A stretch of 45,237 nt of DNA, taken from the UHGV virus genome UHGV-1373231; one strand, given 5' to 3'. Position 1 is the first letter of the stretch, and every line of letters starts with the position of its first letter. Source of the DNA: a virus. Below the pieces are notes generated by a model. That model did no database searches, was not told where the DNA came from, and saw only the letters and a program-made list of their open reading frames with translations. Of this stretch, positions 29,372 to 38,427 are shown piece after piece. The position numbers and the translations under genes were made by a program.

Positions 29372-29722
29372 TTATTTATTAAGTTCTGCAATTTGTTGAA
29401 GTAAATTTTTAGGAGGCATATTCTCCTCAAATTTGCTTTCAGAAGCGAACTTCACAGGTTCGCCTCTTTCTAATCGTTTAATGTTCTCTTGATAATGCAT
29501 GATATCGTCTGCACTTTTGAAACGATATTCTGTCTCGCCTTTTTTACCACCACGTTTCTTCTTCTCTGCAGCTGCGTCTCTAATAGCAAAAGCGAGTTTG
29601 TACATATCCATATCTTTATCTAGTTGCTCATACTCTAGTGCATACATACGATAATTGAATTCTCTAAGTGTCATTTGTTCAATAACATCTAAGTCATAAA
29701 TTTTTAGTTTGCTCATACACAA
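29372..29722 (-). CDS. tail assembly chaperone, T-part (possible -1 frameshift extension of G)
   Basis: The ORF is in the -1 frame relative to G and is open for 24 codons upstream, through the G stop. Confidence 0.45.
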   Translation of the reverse strand: MCMSKLKIYDLDVIEQMTLREFNYRMYALEYEQLDKDMDMYKLAFAIRDAAAEKKKRGGKKGETEYRFKSADDIMHYQENIKRLERGEPVKFASESKFEENMPPKNLLQQIAELNK

Positions 29723-29760
29723 GATAACTATACGATCAAACGTTAATATTTCTTCTTCGT

Positions 29761-30120
29761 CTACTTCTTGCTGTTCTTTTTGTATTTTTTCGGAACGAGG
29801 TTTTGGGTTAAAACACGCTTTCCCAGTTCCTCGATGACTTCGTTACAAAATTCTTCAAGTCCAGTATTTTCAATGACATCTTCAACAACAGCTTCTAAAT
29901 CTTCTTCGGTTTTAGGCGCTCCTTTTTCTTGTGCTGTTGCAGCTTTAATAACTTTAGCGACATCTACTACACTGTGGCTTTCTAGTGCAGGTACTAACAT
30001 TTCTGTACCTTTACCAAAGTTAACTTGTTCTGCTTCCATGCCCATTTCTTTATCAATGATGTTTAAAAACTTTAATCCGAATGATAGTTCAATTGTTTTA
30101 CCGTTAAATTTGATTTCCAT
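29761..30120 (-). CDS. tail assembly chaperone (gpG-like)
   Basis: A 119-aa acidic protein between the major tail and TMP genes. Confidence 0.5.
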   Translation of the reverse strand: MEIKFNGKTIELSFGLKFLNIIDKEMGMEAEQVNFGKGTEMLVPALESHSVVDVAKVIKAATAQEKGAPKTEEDLEAVVEDVIENTGLEEFCNEVIEELGKRVLTQNLVPKKYKKNSKK

Positions 30121-30150
30121 ATTATTAATAACCTCACTTTAAATTTAGTC

Positions 30151-30178
30151 AAAAAGAAAAAGAGGGCATCTAGCCCTC
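30151..30178 (-). terminator. rho-independent terminator after the major tail protein gene
   Basis: GAGGGC-uagau-GCCCUC stem followed by UUUUUCUUUUU. Confidence 0.55.
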
Positions 30179-30182
30179 GATA

Positions 30183-30779
30183 TTATACAGTTTCTGCTGT
30201 GCTTGGTTCGTTAGGTTGTGGGATTTCTGACACAAGACCATCGTCAGCTGGATCTGCAGCAACAGTATCGTGGAAGCCATAAGCAGCTTTGTTTTTCTCG
30301 ATTTGCTCTGGTAACGTTGCCCAACCACGAACTTTTCTAAGATATACACCAAATTCAGTTTCAAATTCTGCGATATCTTCAGCGTCGTTAGTACGGTCAA
30401 TACTATTCCAGTATCCTTGACGATATTCTGCTTTATATTTTCCATCTTTGTTTTTAACTTTTTTATTGATAACCCATAATTCATAAGGGGTATCTTCTTC
30501 GGTAGCATCTTCAATTTCATCACATAACGTGTCGTCTTGGTTCATGTAGCAGTTAATCGTAACTGTTGACTCTAATGTACCTCCAGAGTTAACAGGACCA
30601 TCAACAGTAGCTTCTGTATCTCTATCTTTTTCAGTTTCGCGTTCTAATTCTGTTACCCACATTACTTTATTTGCATCTTTTTTATCGCCAGCCTTACGAA
30701 TCAAGACTAACTCATCAGTACCTTGTTTAATTGCCATAGGTTTTGCCCTCCTAAAAAATTGTATAAAAAAACAAGCCAA
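30183..30779 (-). CDS. major tail protein
   Basis: A 198-aa protein at the expected position, followed by a strong terminator. Confidence 0.65.
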   Translation of the reverse strand: MACFFIQFFRRAKPMAIKQGTDELVLIRKAGDKKDANKVMWVTELERETEKDRDTEATVDGPVNSGGTLESTVTINCYMNQDDTLCDEIEDATEEDTPYELWVINKKVKNKDGKYKAEYRQGYWNSIDRTNDAEDIAEFETEFGVYLRKVRGWATLPEQIEKNKAAYGFHDTVAADPADDGLVSEIPQPNEPSTAETV

Positions 30780-31169
30780 TTAATGACTTGTGTATTCGAT
30801 ATTTATTGTTATATGTGATAATGCTTGATTACTTTCGATTTCAATAGCTTCGTTGATGTCTAACTGTGGATTAAACAAATTGAAACCATTGAGTTGAATA
30901 TCGTCTAACATGATATTTTGAACTTGCATAAGCAAGTTATCGTTTACCCCTTTGTCATCATCTAACCCCCACAAATGAACAGTAGCAGTAGGATTACCAC
31001 CGAAACTGTCAAAAGTTAACACATTCATGCTATCTGTGGTTGTTTGAATAGCAATAAAAGGATATTTAAGCTCTTGGTTAAGTTCTTTAGTTTCAATTAC
31101 AGGGACACCAATTTCACTAAATTTTTCATATAAGTAGTTGAATAGTTGAAGTTTGGCTGATTGTTTCAT
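30780..31169 (-). CDS. tail completion / tail terminator-like protein
   Basis: Positioned between the gp10-like and major tail genes. Its start overlaps the upstream stop (TAATG). Confidence 0.45.
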   Translation of the reverse strand: MKQSAKLQLFNYLYEKFSEIGVPVIETKELNQELKYPFIAIQTTTDSMNVLTFDSFGGNPTATVHLWGLDDDKGVNDNLLMQVQNIMLDDIQLNGFNLFNPQLDINEAIEIESNQALSHITINIEYTSH

Positions 31170-31295
31170 TACATGCCCCCCGTTTTACCGTTTATTAATC
31201 TCTCGAGGTCCTCTCTGACTTTCCTTGTATATCTTTCATAAACAGGGAACATAAACGTTTCAGGAGCCATGTAGCGTGTACCGTATTCAAGGAAT
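31169..31295 (-). CDS. HK97-gp10-like head-tail protein, exon 2
   Basis: Encodes (I)FLEYGTRYMAPETFMFPVYERYTRKVREDLERLINGKTGGM. It is translationally coupled to the next gene. Confidence 0.55.
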
Positions 31296-32302
31296 CTTTT
31301 TTGTTATCGTAAAGGCTTTTTATCCTCCACTTCTTACTGTCGCCAGTAAGTTCGGCATATCTTTTCAACCAATAAAAAAGACAACCATTATTGGTTGCCG
31401 GACACTCTTGCCAGAATTATATTTATTCATCTGGTATGCTCTACGATGCTGACTAGCCTTTCGCAATCTAGTCAGTTATCTCGGGATTGTCTTTCCAGTA
31501 TTTTTCGATGATATCAGTAAAAGGAATATTCTTTGAGCGATAACTCCAGACTTCATGTCTTGGAATGTTCAATCTTCTAGCCCATTGCATAGTAGTTAAT
31601 CTTAAACCTCTATATTCGTGCCAAACATTATAAGAAGTATTCCACCGTTGTTCTTCTAAAGGTATCCATTTGCAATTACTAGGCTCATAATTACCATTTA
31701 AATCGATTCTCTCTATGCTTAATTCTTCTGAGAAACCATTTTCTTCAGCCCATTTTATGAATGTTTCAACATCATGCCATTCATCACAAACTTTGATACC
31801 ACGTCCACCATATCTAGAATACCTTTCAGATTTAGGATTGTAACAACGTTGCATCATAGCGCGCCAACGTGAATATGCTGGGTGCTTTGTCAAACCATGA
31901 AGTTGCTTGTTTTTTAAGTGTAAATTCTTAAAATCTTGTTCTTTCTTTAAACAACCACATGAATTTGTTGAACCTAATGTATCACTTCTAATTGAAACAA
32001 TGTTTCCGCAATCACATTCGCATATCCAAAATGTTTTTCGCGATGACTTATTTAAATCTATTTCTTTAACTACCAATCTACCGTATCTTTGCCCTGTTTT
32101 ATCTTTAATTCTAGGGTTATCGACAATATTTCCTTTTTCATCTCTTTTAATCATGGTATCACCTCTTAGGTATATTATACCATGTACCAACTTCAAAAAA
32201 CACTAATATATTAAAGAGTTCCCCCGATATTGCCCGGTTATTCACTATGCTGTTACCAACATAGGCGGGATTCCATTTCCCGAATACCCAGCATTAGAGG
32301 TA
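31296..32302 (-). mobile_element. group I intron (1007 nt) carrying a homing-endonuclease gene
   Basis: It splits the conserved gp10 motif YA...E.GT between exons. Exon 1 ends in U and the intron ends in G. Hairpins and a P7-like GGCUAGUC lie in the 3' part. Confidence 0.55.
31468..32154 (-). CDS. intron-encoded putative homing endonuclease / DNA-binding protein
   Basis: An extended -10 (TGGTATAAT) and RBS AAGAGGTGA precede ATG 32154. An N-terminal Cys cluster is followed by HPAYSRWRAMMQRCYNPKSERYSRYGGRGIKVCDEW. Confidence 0.5.
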   Translation of the reverse strand: MIKRDEKGNIVDNPRIKDKTGQRYGRLVVKEIDLNKSSRKTFWICECDCGNIVSIRSDTLGSTNSCGCLKKEQDFKNLHLKNKQLHGLTKHPAYSRWRAMMQRCYNPKSERYSRYGGRGIKVCDEWHDVETFIKWAEENGFSEELSIERIDLNGNYEPSNCKWIPLEEQRWNTSYNVWHEYRGLRLTTMQWARRLNIPRHEVWSYRSKNIPFTDIIEKYWKDNPEITD

Positions 32303-32514
32303 ATAGCATACTTCATATCGCCATTTTTTGTATCTCTGATCATTCTAGCTAAGTTACCTGTCCAGTAACCTTTATTCATTATTGACTTAGCGCTCACAAC
32401 AGTATCTTTAGCGAACTCGCCAGCATTGTTTTTGAGCACTTCGTCAACATCATCATCAATGCTTCTGTGCATTCGATCTAGCTTTCTAATTAGAGCATCG
32501 ATATCTCCAGCCAT
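32303..32514 (-). CDS. HK97-gp10-like head-tail protein, exon 1
   Basis: ...KGYWTGNLARMIRDTKNGDMKYA(I); the final Ile codon is split AU|A by the intron. The unspliced frame reads on to a stop inside the intron. Confidence 0.55.
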
Positions 32515-32816
32515 TATTTAACCTCCTCTGCATAGAATACAGTGTCGTGTTCATAGTCGATACGTTTAGTAATAATGTGTTTTACACCTTTGATATAAGC
32601 ATGTGTAACTTGTGGCTCAAAGTAACCATTTAAACGAATGACATTGATTTGCTTTGTTACATCTCCATATTCTAAACTTGTACGTTGTGGGGACAAAGGA
32701 GAAATGTTACAAGGGACTATATCAAAAACTTTCTCCTTAACATCGTACTTACTTGTTTTAGGGTTGTAACTGCCTTTTGTTTCCTTAGAAAATGAAACGC
32801 GCTTATTGTATCTCAA
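32514..32816 (-). CDS. head closure / head-tail joining protein
   Basis: A 100-aa protein at the expected position. Confidence 0.45.
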   Translation of the reverse strand: MRYNKRVSFSKETKGSYNPKTSKYDVKEKVFDIVPCNISPLSPQRTSLEYGDVTKQINVIRLNGYFEPQVTHAYIKGVKHIITKRIDYEHDTVFYAEEVK

Positions 32817-33142
32817 TAAAATACACCTCTGCCACGTTTACTTGTATTTTTAGGAAACAAAGCGTTAATGACATCCAAATATTCGTCAAAATCATTGTTT
32901 TGGAATGTATTGGAACGACCATCAACACTTTCTTGTGTCATACCTTCAGCGCCAACACGATTAAAGCGTTTGACTGATACTTCTTCGATAATGTATTCCA
33001 ATCGTTCCGGAACTTCTTCTATATCGACAGGAAGCAAACTAATCAAACGCTTTTCTGTATTGTTTATGATTATTTCGAGTAGTTCATCTTGCTTATCATC
33101 ATTGATAGAGAGTAACTTTTTGACATTTTCTAATACTGCCAT
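32813..33142 (-). CDS. head-tail connector (gp6-like)
   Basis: A 109-aa protein at the expected position. Confidence 0.5.
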   Translation of the reverse strand: MAVLENVKKLLSINDDKQDELLEIIINNTEKRLISLLPVDIEEVPERLEYIIEEVSVKRFNRVGAEGMTQESVDGRSNTFQNNDFDEYLDVINALFPKNTSKRGRGVFY

Positions 33143-33143
33143 G

Positions 33144-33413
33144 TTATCCCTCCAACTTTTTAAGAATTACCGCTTTCGTATCGTCTTTTGATACATCTAC
33201 ATTATGTTTTTCAGCTATCTCCAACAATTCAGCTTTTGTTGCTTTAGCATCTACATCTAAAGCGATGTATTGCTTGTTATATACGTTTTGCTTATGAAAT
33301 AATTCATCAATACGCTTAGAAGTAATATCAGTAGGGAACTCGTTTCCTACTTTATATTCTTTCTGATCTTCTTTATTAATGAAGTCGCGTACAACTTTAT
33401 AAGAATAAGCCAT
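33144..33413 (-). CDS. hypothetical protein with a Rho-N/SAP-like motif
   Basis: KATKAELLEIAEKHNVDVSKDDTKAVILKKL. Confidence 0.4.
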   Translation of the reverse strand: MAYSYKVVRDFINKEDQKEYKVGNEFPTDITSKRIDELFHKQNVYNKQYIALDVDAKATKAELLEIAEKHNVDVSKDDTKAVILKKLEG

Positions 33414-33434
33414 AAGTTAGACCTCCTCGATTAA

Positions 33435-34364
33435 TTATACGGTTTCAGTATTTCCACCAGTTGAACCAGAACCAGCTGTTAATTTAGCAAACGCTTTGTC
33501 GTCTGCAATATGGAACGCAACGTCCATAGTTACACGTAAAGCGATTAATTCTTGTTCGAATAAGTTTACTGGTGAACCGTCAGCATTTTGTACTGTTGAT
33601 AATTGACCATCTTCTGAAATTTTGTAAGACATGTTGTAAGGAATGCCATAAAACACTTTGTTGAAGTCTCCAGCGTATAAGTCACCTTTTTTAAATTGGT
33701 CTGATTTAAGGTCAACAACTGGAAGTCCGTCTAGTGTGTTGTTAGCACGGTCATAATAGCTTTCTTTAGTATCTTCATCACGAACTCCACGTAACGCAGT
33801 GCGATTTTGTGTTTTAGATAAGAAAGCGTTAGCTTCAACATCATCTTCTAATAAAGTGTCCTCTAAAGCTAAGATATTTTTTAAAGTGATATCACCTTTT
33901 ACTACATTGTTAGCTGCAGTAGCTGATTGTTCTACTGATTGTTTGAATGGGTTATCTACATTTAATAAACCTGCTTCGTCAAACTTTTTATAGAACTGTT
34001 CAGCGATTTGAGGTTTCATTGCTTCGAAGAAACGAGAGTAAGTGTAGTTTAAGTATTCACGAGAAGCAACGATGATAACACCTAATTTATGAGAACGCAT
34101 AGACGCCTCAAGTAAGCTAGGTTTAGAAGTTTGGATTTTTTGACCTTCTCCTACCCAGTAAGCGCCTGGTTTATCTGCCCAGTAAGTGAACTTTTTCTCT
34201 GACTTTCCGCCCATATCTTGGTATTTACCTAATTGCATGATTTTAGAGTTTTGCAATACATCTAAAAGAATAGGCTCGTTGAAATCGTTTAACAATTCCC
34301 CTTCTTTGTGCTCATGCATCATTACATTATCTGGATTGAATGTTTGTGGGTTTACTTTTACCAT
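33435..34364 (-). CDS. major capsid protein
   Basis: A 309-aa protein following the scaffold gene. Confidence 0.7.
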   Translation of the reverse strand: MVKVNPQTFNPDNVMMHEHKEGELLNDFNEPILLDVLQNSKIMQLGKYQDMGGKSEKKFTYWADKPGAYWVGEGQKIQTSKPSLLEASMRSHKLGVIIVASREYLNYTYSRFFEAMKPQIAEQFYKKFDEAGLLNVDNPFKQSVEQSATAANNVVKGDITLKNILALEDTLLEDDVEANAFLSKTQNRTALRGVRDEDTKESYYDRANNTLDGLPVVDLKSDQFKKGDLYAGDFNKVFYGIPYNMSYKISEDGQLSTVQNADGSPVNLFEQELIALRVTMDVAFHIADDKAFAKLTAGSGSTGGNTETV

Positions 34365-34380
34365 TTAAAATGCCTCCAAT

Positions 34381-34986
34381 TTATTGAATTATTCTATTTT
34401 GTCTTGCTATTTCTGCAAAACTTTTAGATGTTTCTTTTTTAGAAGATACGTCACTACCTTGTCCGTAAGGTGTTGATTGACGTGTAGCTTCTTTAACTTG
34501 CTCTTGTACAGCTTTGTCGAAATCTTCTTTAATCGAATTAACGACATCATTAATTTGTTCATTATCTTCCAAATGAATTAAAGACTCTGCAAACGAAGTA
34601 GGTAGCCCCTTTTCTTTTAAGTCACTCTCTACATCAGCTTTGAGTTCACGCAATTTAAATTCTTTTTCCTTTTCAGCTAAGGCTTGTTCGCGTTTCTCAA
34701 TTTCTTTGTCTTTCTTCTCTTTTTCAGTTAACTTAGCGTAGCTTTCAGCCTCTTTTTTAGCTTCTTCACGAGCTTTGTCTAGTTCTTGCTGGTGCTTACG
34801 ATCACGTTTAGAAAGAGCAGTCTCGACAGCTTTACTGATTTGAGAATCTACTTCGCTCCTTGTATATGTTTCTTGCTCTTGATCGCTATTGTTTTCTGGC
34901 TTCTTATCATTACTTTGTCCAGGTTCACCTTCGTCATTGTCAGCGAAGAATTGTAAATTTAGATTTAGTTTGTCATTTAATTTCAT
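34381..34986 (-). CDS. scaffolding protein
   Basis: K/E-rich coiled coil. The true start is probably M24 of the track ORF, preceded by GGGAGGA. Confidence 0.6.
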   Translation of the reverse strand: MKLNDKLNLNLQFFADNDEGEPGQSNDKKPENNSDQEQETYTRSEVDSQISKAVETALSKRDRKHQQELDKAREEAKKEAESYAKLTEKEKKDKEIEKREQALAEKEKEFKLRELKADVESDLKEKGLPTSFAESLIHLEDNEQINDVVNSIKEDFDKAVQEQVKEATRQSTPYGQGSDVSSKKETSKSFAEIARQNRIIQ

Positions 34987-35375
34987 TTGTTTATCCTCCC
35001 GTTCAGTCTTAAATTCAATGTTTAATCGCATAAAAATAGCACCCCAATTAGTCAATTAAGCCCAATTAGTGTGCTAGATATATTTGATATTCGCATTTGA
35101 TTTAAGCCCGCTCAGTATTTTTTAATAATGAGCAGTTTAACGACTTACTGAGGTCGAGTAGGTTAACGTATCCTACTGACGAGATATTGGCGCGGTAACG
35201 CCAGGACCAACTGCTTCACGTTTTGACATAAGTACCACCTCAGATGAAGTTTTTAGGTTTAAACTCTTTCTTCTCAGGTTCTTTCTGTTTCGCTTTTGCT
35301 CGATTACTAGGGTTTGTGTCATTCAGACGCTTGAGTTCTTTTTGAATGCCTTCAAGGGCTATAGCAATGCGTTCG

Positions 35376-35924
35376 TTAAACACCGCTACCACCCTCTTGA
35401 ATTGCATCAACAATTTTGTCTATTTTTTCTTGTGTCGTCATACTATCTTTAATGATGTCAGAAGGTTCTTTGTTGAAGATTTGATTATATTCATCGTAAA
35501 CATCATCTAGCCTGTCTTGTAAGTAACTTTCGTCATACTTGTCATACTCATCGATTGTATCACCATCAAGTTCAGTGACGTCATATAGGCCTTCCTCTGT
35601 TTCGTAATCTTCTTCGTACTCTTCTTCTAATGCATCTTCAGGACCGCCTAGCCCCTCTAAGAAATCTAAATCCTCTTGATCAAAGTCATCAGAAAAGTCG
35701 TACTCTTCTTCCCAGTTTTCATCTTCTTCAAATTCTTCGTCGTCTGGATCCATAAAGTCATCTTCATATTCTGAATCTTCTTCATCGCTAAAATCTGTAT
35801 CGATGATTTCCTCTTCTTCCCAATCAGCATCTTCATAGTCGCCTATAGAATTATCTACGATTTCTTTTGCAGTACCTTCATTGGTAACTGGTGGCGTATT
35901 TGTTATATCGTTTGTTTCTGCCAA
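35376..35924 (-). CDS. highly acidic (D/E-rich) head-module protein
   Basis: More than 45% Asp+Glu. Confidence 0.4.
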   Translation of the reverse strand: MAETNDITNTPPVTNEGTAKEIVDNSIGDYEDADWEEEEIIDTDFSDEEDSEYEDDFMDPDDEEFEEDENWEEEYDFSDDFDQEDLDFLEGLGGPEDALEEEYEEDYETEEGLYDVTELDGDTIDEYDKYDESYLQDRLDDVYDEYNQIFNKEPSDIIKDSMTTQEKIDKIVDAIQEGGSGV

Positions 35925-35937
35925 TTACAACACCTCC

Positions 35938-36876
35938 TTATAGTGAATATCTTCCTTTGCGTTCTTCAAAGAATTCATCTCTCCAATTAGGATTGATGTG
36001 TGGCGCTACAGCACTCCGACAAAAAGGATGCATAGGCGGAGCGTTCACACCTGGCTTCATATCTTTGACTTTAAATACTTTATTGTTTAAGTGCCTACAG
36101 GTTTTCGTTGTCTTACCATCAATCTTAGCGTGATATTCATATTCTGCATCTGGACCATGTTGTTCTAACATATGACGCTTTGCAGCTAACGTTTGCACTC
36201 TAGCAGTTTCTGTTATGAGTAAACGTCTTATTTCGTAAGTACTATTACCTGTTTCTTTTCTGAACTCTTTCACAAACTCATAAGGGTGTCGTCCTCTTAG
36301 TAATACTTGACTTGTCGCTTTTTCAACATGGTGTCTAACTACTTTCATATCACGCCATAGTCTACGAGACCAATTAGAGTTTTGAAAAGGCGCAGTAACG
36401 ATCGTTTTAACATCGTTTAATGATACATGTAACGTTTCACCTAATATGCCTGCTTGTTGCTCAAGAGAACGATAATAGGAAGATTCCATGTAGTTATAAA
36501 TAGATTGCTCTATACGAGCGTATGAGTACGTTACAATGAGCCCTAACTGTGCTTTAAGTAACTTCTCTCTATTCACATACATCGCTGTATTGTATTGCTT
36601 AAGTTCTCTGTTCGCTCTATCGCTAAAGTCATTGTTTTTAACGTATGACCTTGCTTTATTAGCGAAAGATTGAACATCGAAGTTATCAATTTTCTTTTTA
36701 GCTTCTGAAATACTAATACCTTCGCTGTCTGCATATCTTGCATAGAACTTAGATATCTCATTCTCTATATCATTAATCATGTTGTTGATAATACGTTCTA
36801 TTTCGAGCGACATTTCTTTATCACTTAGTGTTTCATCTTTGATGATTTCTTTCGCTCTATCGTCCCAATAAGTCAT
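35938..36876 (-). CDS. head morphogenesis protein (SPP1 gp7 family)
   Basis: A 312-aa protein directly after the portal gene. Confidence 0.7.
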   Translation of the reverse strand: MTYWDDRAKEIIKDETLSDKEMSLEIERIINNMINDIENEISKFYARYADSEGISISEAKKKIDNFDVQSFANKARSYVKNNDFSDRANRELKQYNTAMYVNREKLLKAQLGLIVTYSYARIEQSIYNYMESSYYRSLEQQAGILGETLHVSLNDVKTIVTAPFQNSNWSRRLWRDMKVVRHHVEKATSQVLLRGRHPYEFVKEFRKETGNSTYEIRRLLITETARVQTLAAKRHMLEQHGPDAEYEYHAKIDGKTTKTCRHLNNKVFKVKDMKPGVNAPPMHPFCRSAVAPHINPNWRDEFFEERKGRYSL

Positions 36877-36882
36877 GTATTA

Positions 36883-38415
36883 TCACCCCTTATTGTAAGG
36901 TGTTTCGTCATCTTCTTCCGATGGTTGGCTATCAGTTAGATCATTGAACATCAACTCATCAGAATGTTTTATCTTTTCTTCTTGCTCTTTTCTGATACGT
37001 TCAACTTCATCTTTTGGATTGTCTATGAAAGAAACCAGAGACATTAATGTTCTCTGACTGATTTCTCCACCAGAATTGATGTACATTTGCATTTCTTCTG
37101 TCAGTGACTTAGGCAAGTTTCTTGTGAATGTGAATATCAAGTCTCTAAGGTTGTCCTTATCTATTTCTCTATTGATACTCATAATTTCTCCAACTAACTT
37201 GTAACGTCTAACTAAGCCTTTTCGAAATAGACCTTCTTTAATCGCTGTACGTTGTTCTAAGCCAAATAGCTTATATTTCATGGCTTCTCCAGATTGTTGA
37301 CCTCCAAAGTTTTCGTCAGTCATGTCTGGTGTGTTAGTAAGTGTGTGAATGTCTTTAGCAATTCTTGTTTTATACGATTCAACGCCACTTACATCATATT
37401 GTTTATAGATGTATTGAGCGTCTACATTACCTTCAGTGACTTTGTCGTCCACTGTTGCATATTCAGGAGGTGCTAAATGGAATACATTCGCTTCTTTCTG
37501 TAAAGTTGCTACCTCTTCGTTTAAATCAACGTTACCTTTAATTAACAACATTGCATCGTTTAAATCACTCATGTAGTTAGCTGTATCTGATTGTGCCTCA
37601 TCATATAAGTCAATAAGTGGTATGACCTTTTCAAAGTCTCCGCGTCGCTTTTCATTATTGCTAAACTCTGTAATCGTTACCTTGCCAAACGAATGAGCTT
37701 CAGGAGGTTTACGCTCTGATAACTCTAAGTTAGTAACACTGTTTGCCACAAAGAAATATGTTGCATTGTCAGTAATTACATCAACATAGTAAATGTTATT
37801 TGTTTTCTCATTAGGACTGTGTGCTTCTTCTTCATCGACTTGCCAATATCTAATTGCCATTAAACTATTTTGTTCAATGGTAGTATCGTATATAACAAAT
37901 GTACTGCGTGGATCTGATTTATAAATTCTAACCTCATCTTCTTGGTTACGTATAATGTATTCATACGCTCTACCAAAGATAGACAAGTCTAAACCTAAAG
38001 AGCGATTGTGACTATCAATGTCGTTTATTGCATGCAACTGATCTATTTTATTTTGTGTCATATTGCCTTCGGATTGTACTTGTATGGCATGACCGAAGCA
38101 GTAACCGTTAATAAAGTCTGTAATGTAAGAAGCAAAGTCATGAGCAGCTCTATTATCTGCTAAGTGCTTTTCTCTACGCCTTTTGTTTCGCATGATGTTA
38201 AAGTTCAAACCTTGATAATAATCATCTAGCATTTGAAGTCTAGGCACTTGTGCTTCTAAATGATGACGAATGAAATCACTAATATCGTTAGGATTATCTA
38301 ACAAGTCTTGTGTAGTTCCATCGTATTTGTAAGTTTCAACTGCGTCACGTCTGTATATCTCATCACGCATTTGTCGTCGTTCAATATCTCTTTCGAAATT
38401 GTTTACATGTGCCAT
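36883..38415 (-). CDS. portal protein (SPP1 family)
   Basis: A 510-aa protein directly after TerL. Confidence 0.8.
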   Translation of the reverse strand: MAHVNNFERDIERRQMRDEIYRRDAVETYKYDGTTQDLLDNPNDISDFIRHHLEAQVPRLQMLDDYYQGLNFNIMRNKRRREKHLADNRAAHDFASYITDFINGYCFGHAIQVQSEGNMTQNKIDQLHAINDIDSHNRSLGLDLSIFGRAYEYIIRNQEDEVRIYKSDPRSTFVIYDTTIEQNSLMAIRYWQVDEEEAHSPNEKTNNIYYVDVITDNATYFFVANSVTNLELSERKPPEAHSFGKVTITEFSNNEKRRGDFEKVIPLIDLYDEAQSDTANYMSDLNDAMLLIKGNVDLNEEVATLQKEANVFHLAPPEYATVDDKVTEGNVDAQYIYKQYDVSGVESYKTRIAKDIHTLTNTPDMTDENFGGQQSGEAMKYKLFGLEQRTAIKEGLFRKGLVRRYKLVGEIMSINREIDKDNLRDLIFTFTRNLPKSLTEEMQMYINSGGEISQRTLMSLVSFIDNPKDEVERIRKEQEEKIKHSDELMFNDLTDSQPSEEDDETPYNKG

Positions 38416-38427
38416 GTGTTACCTCCT

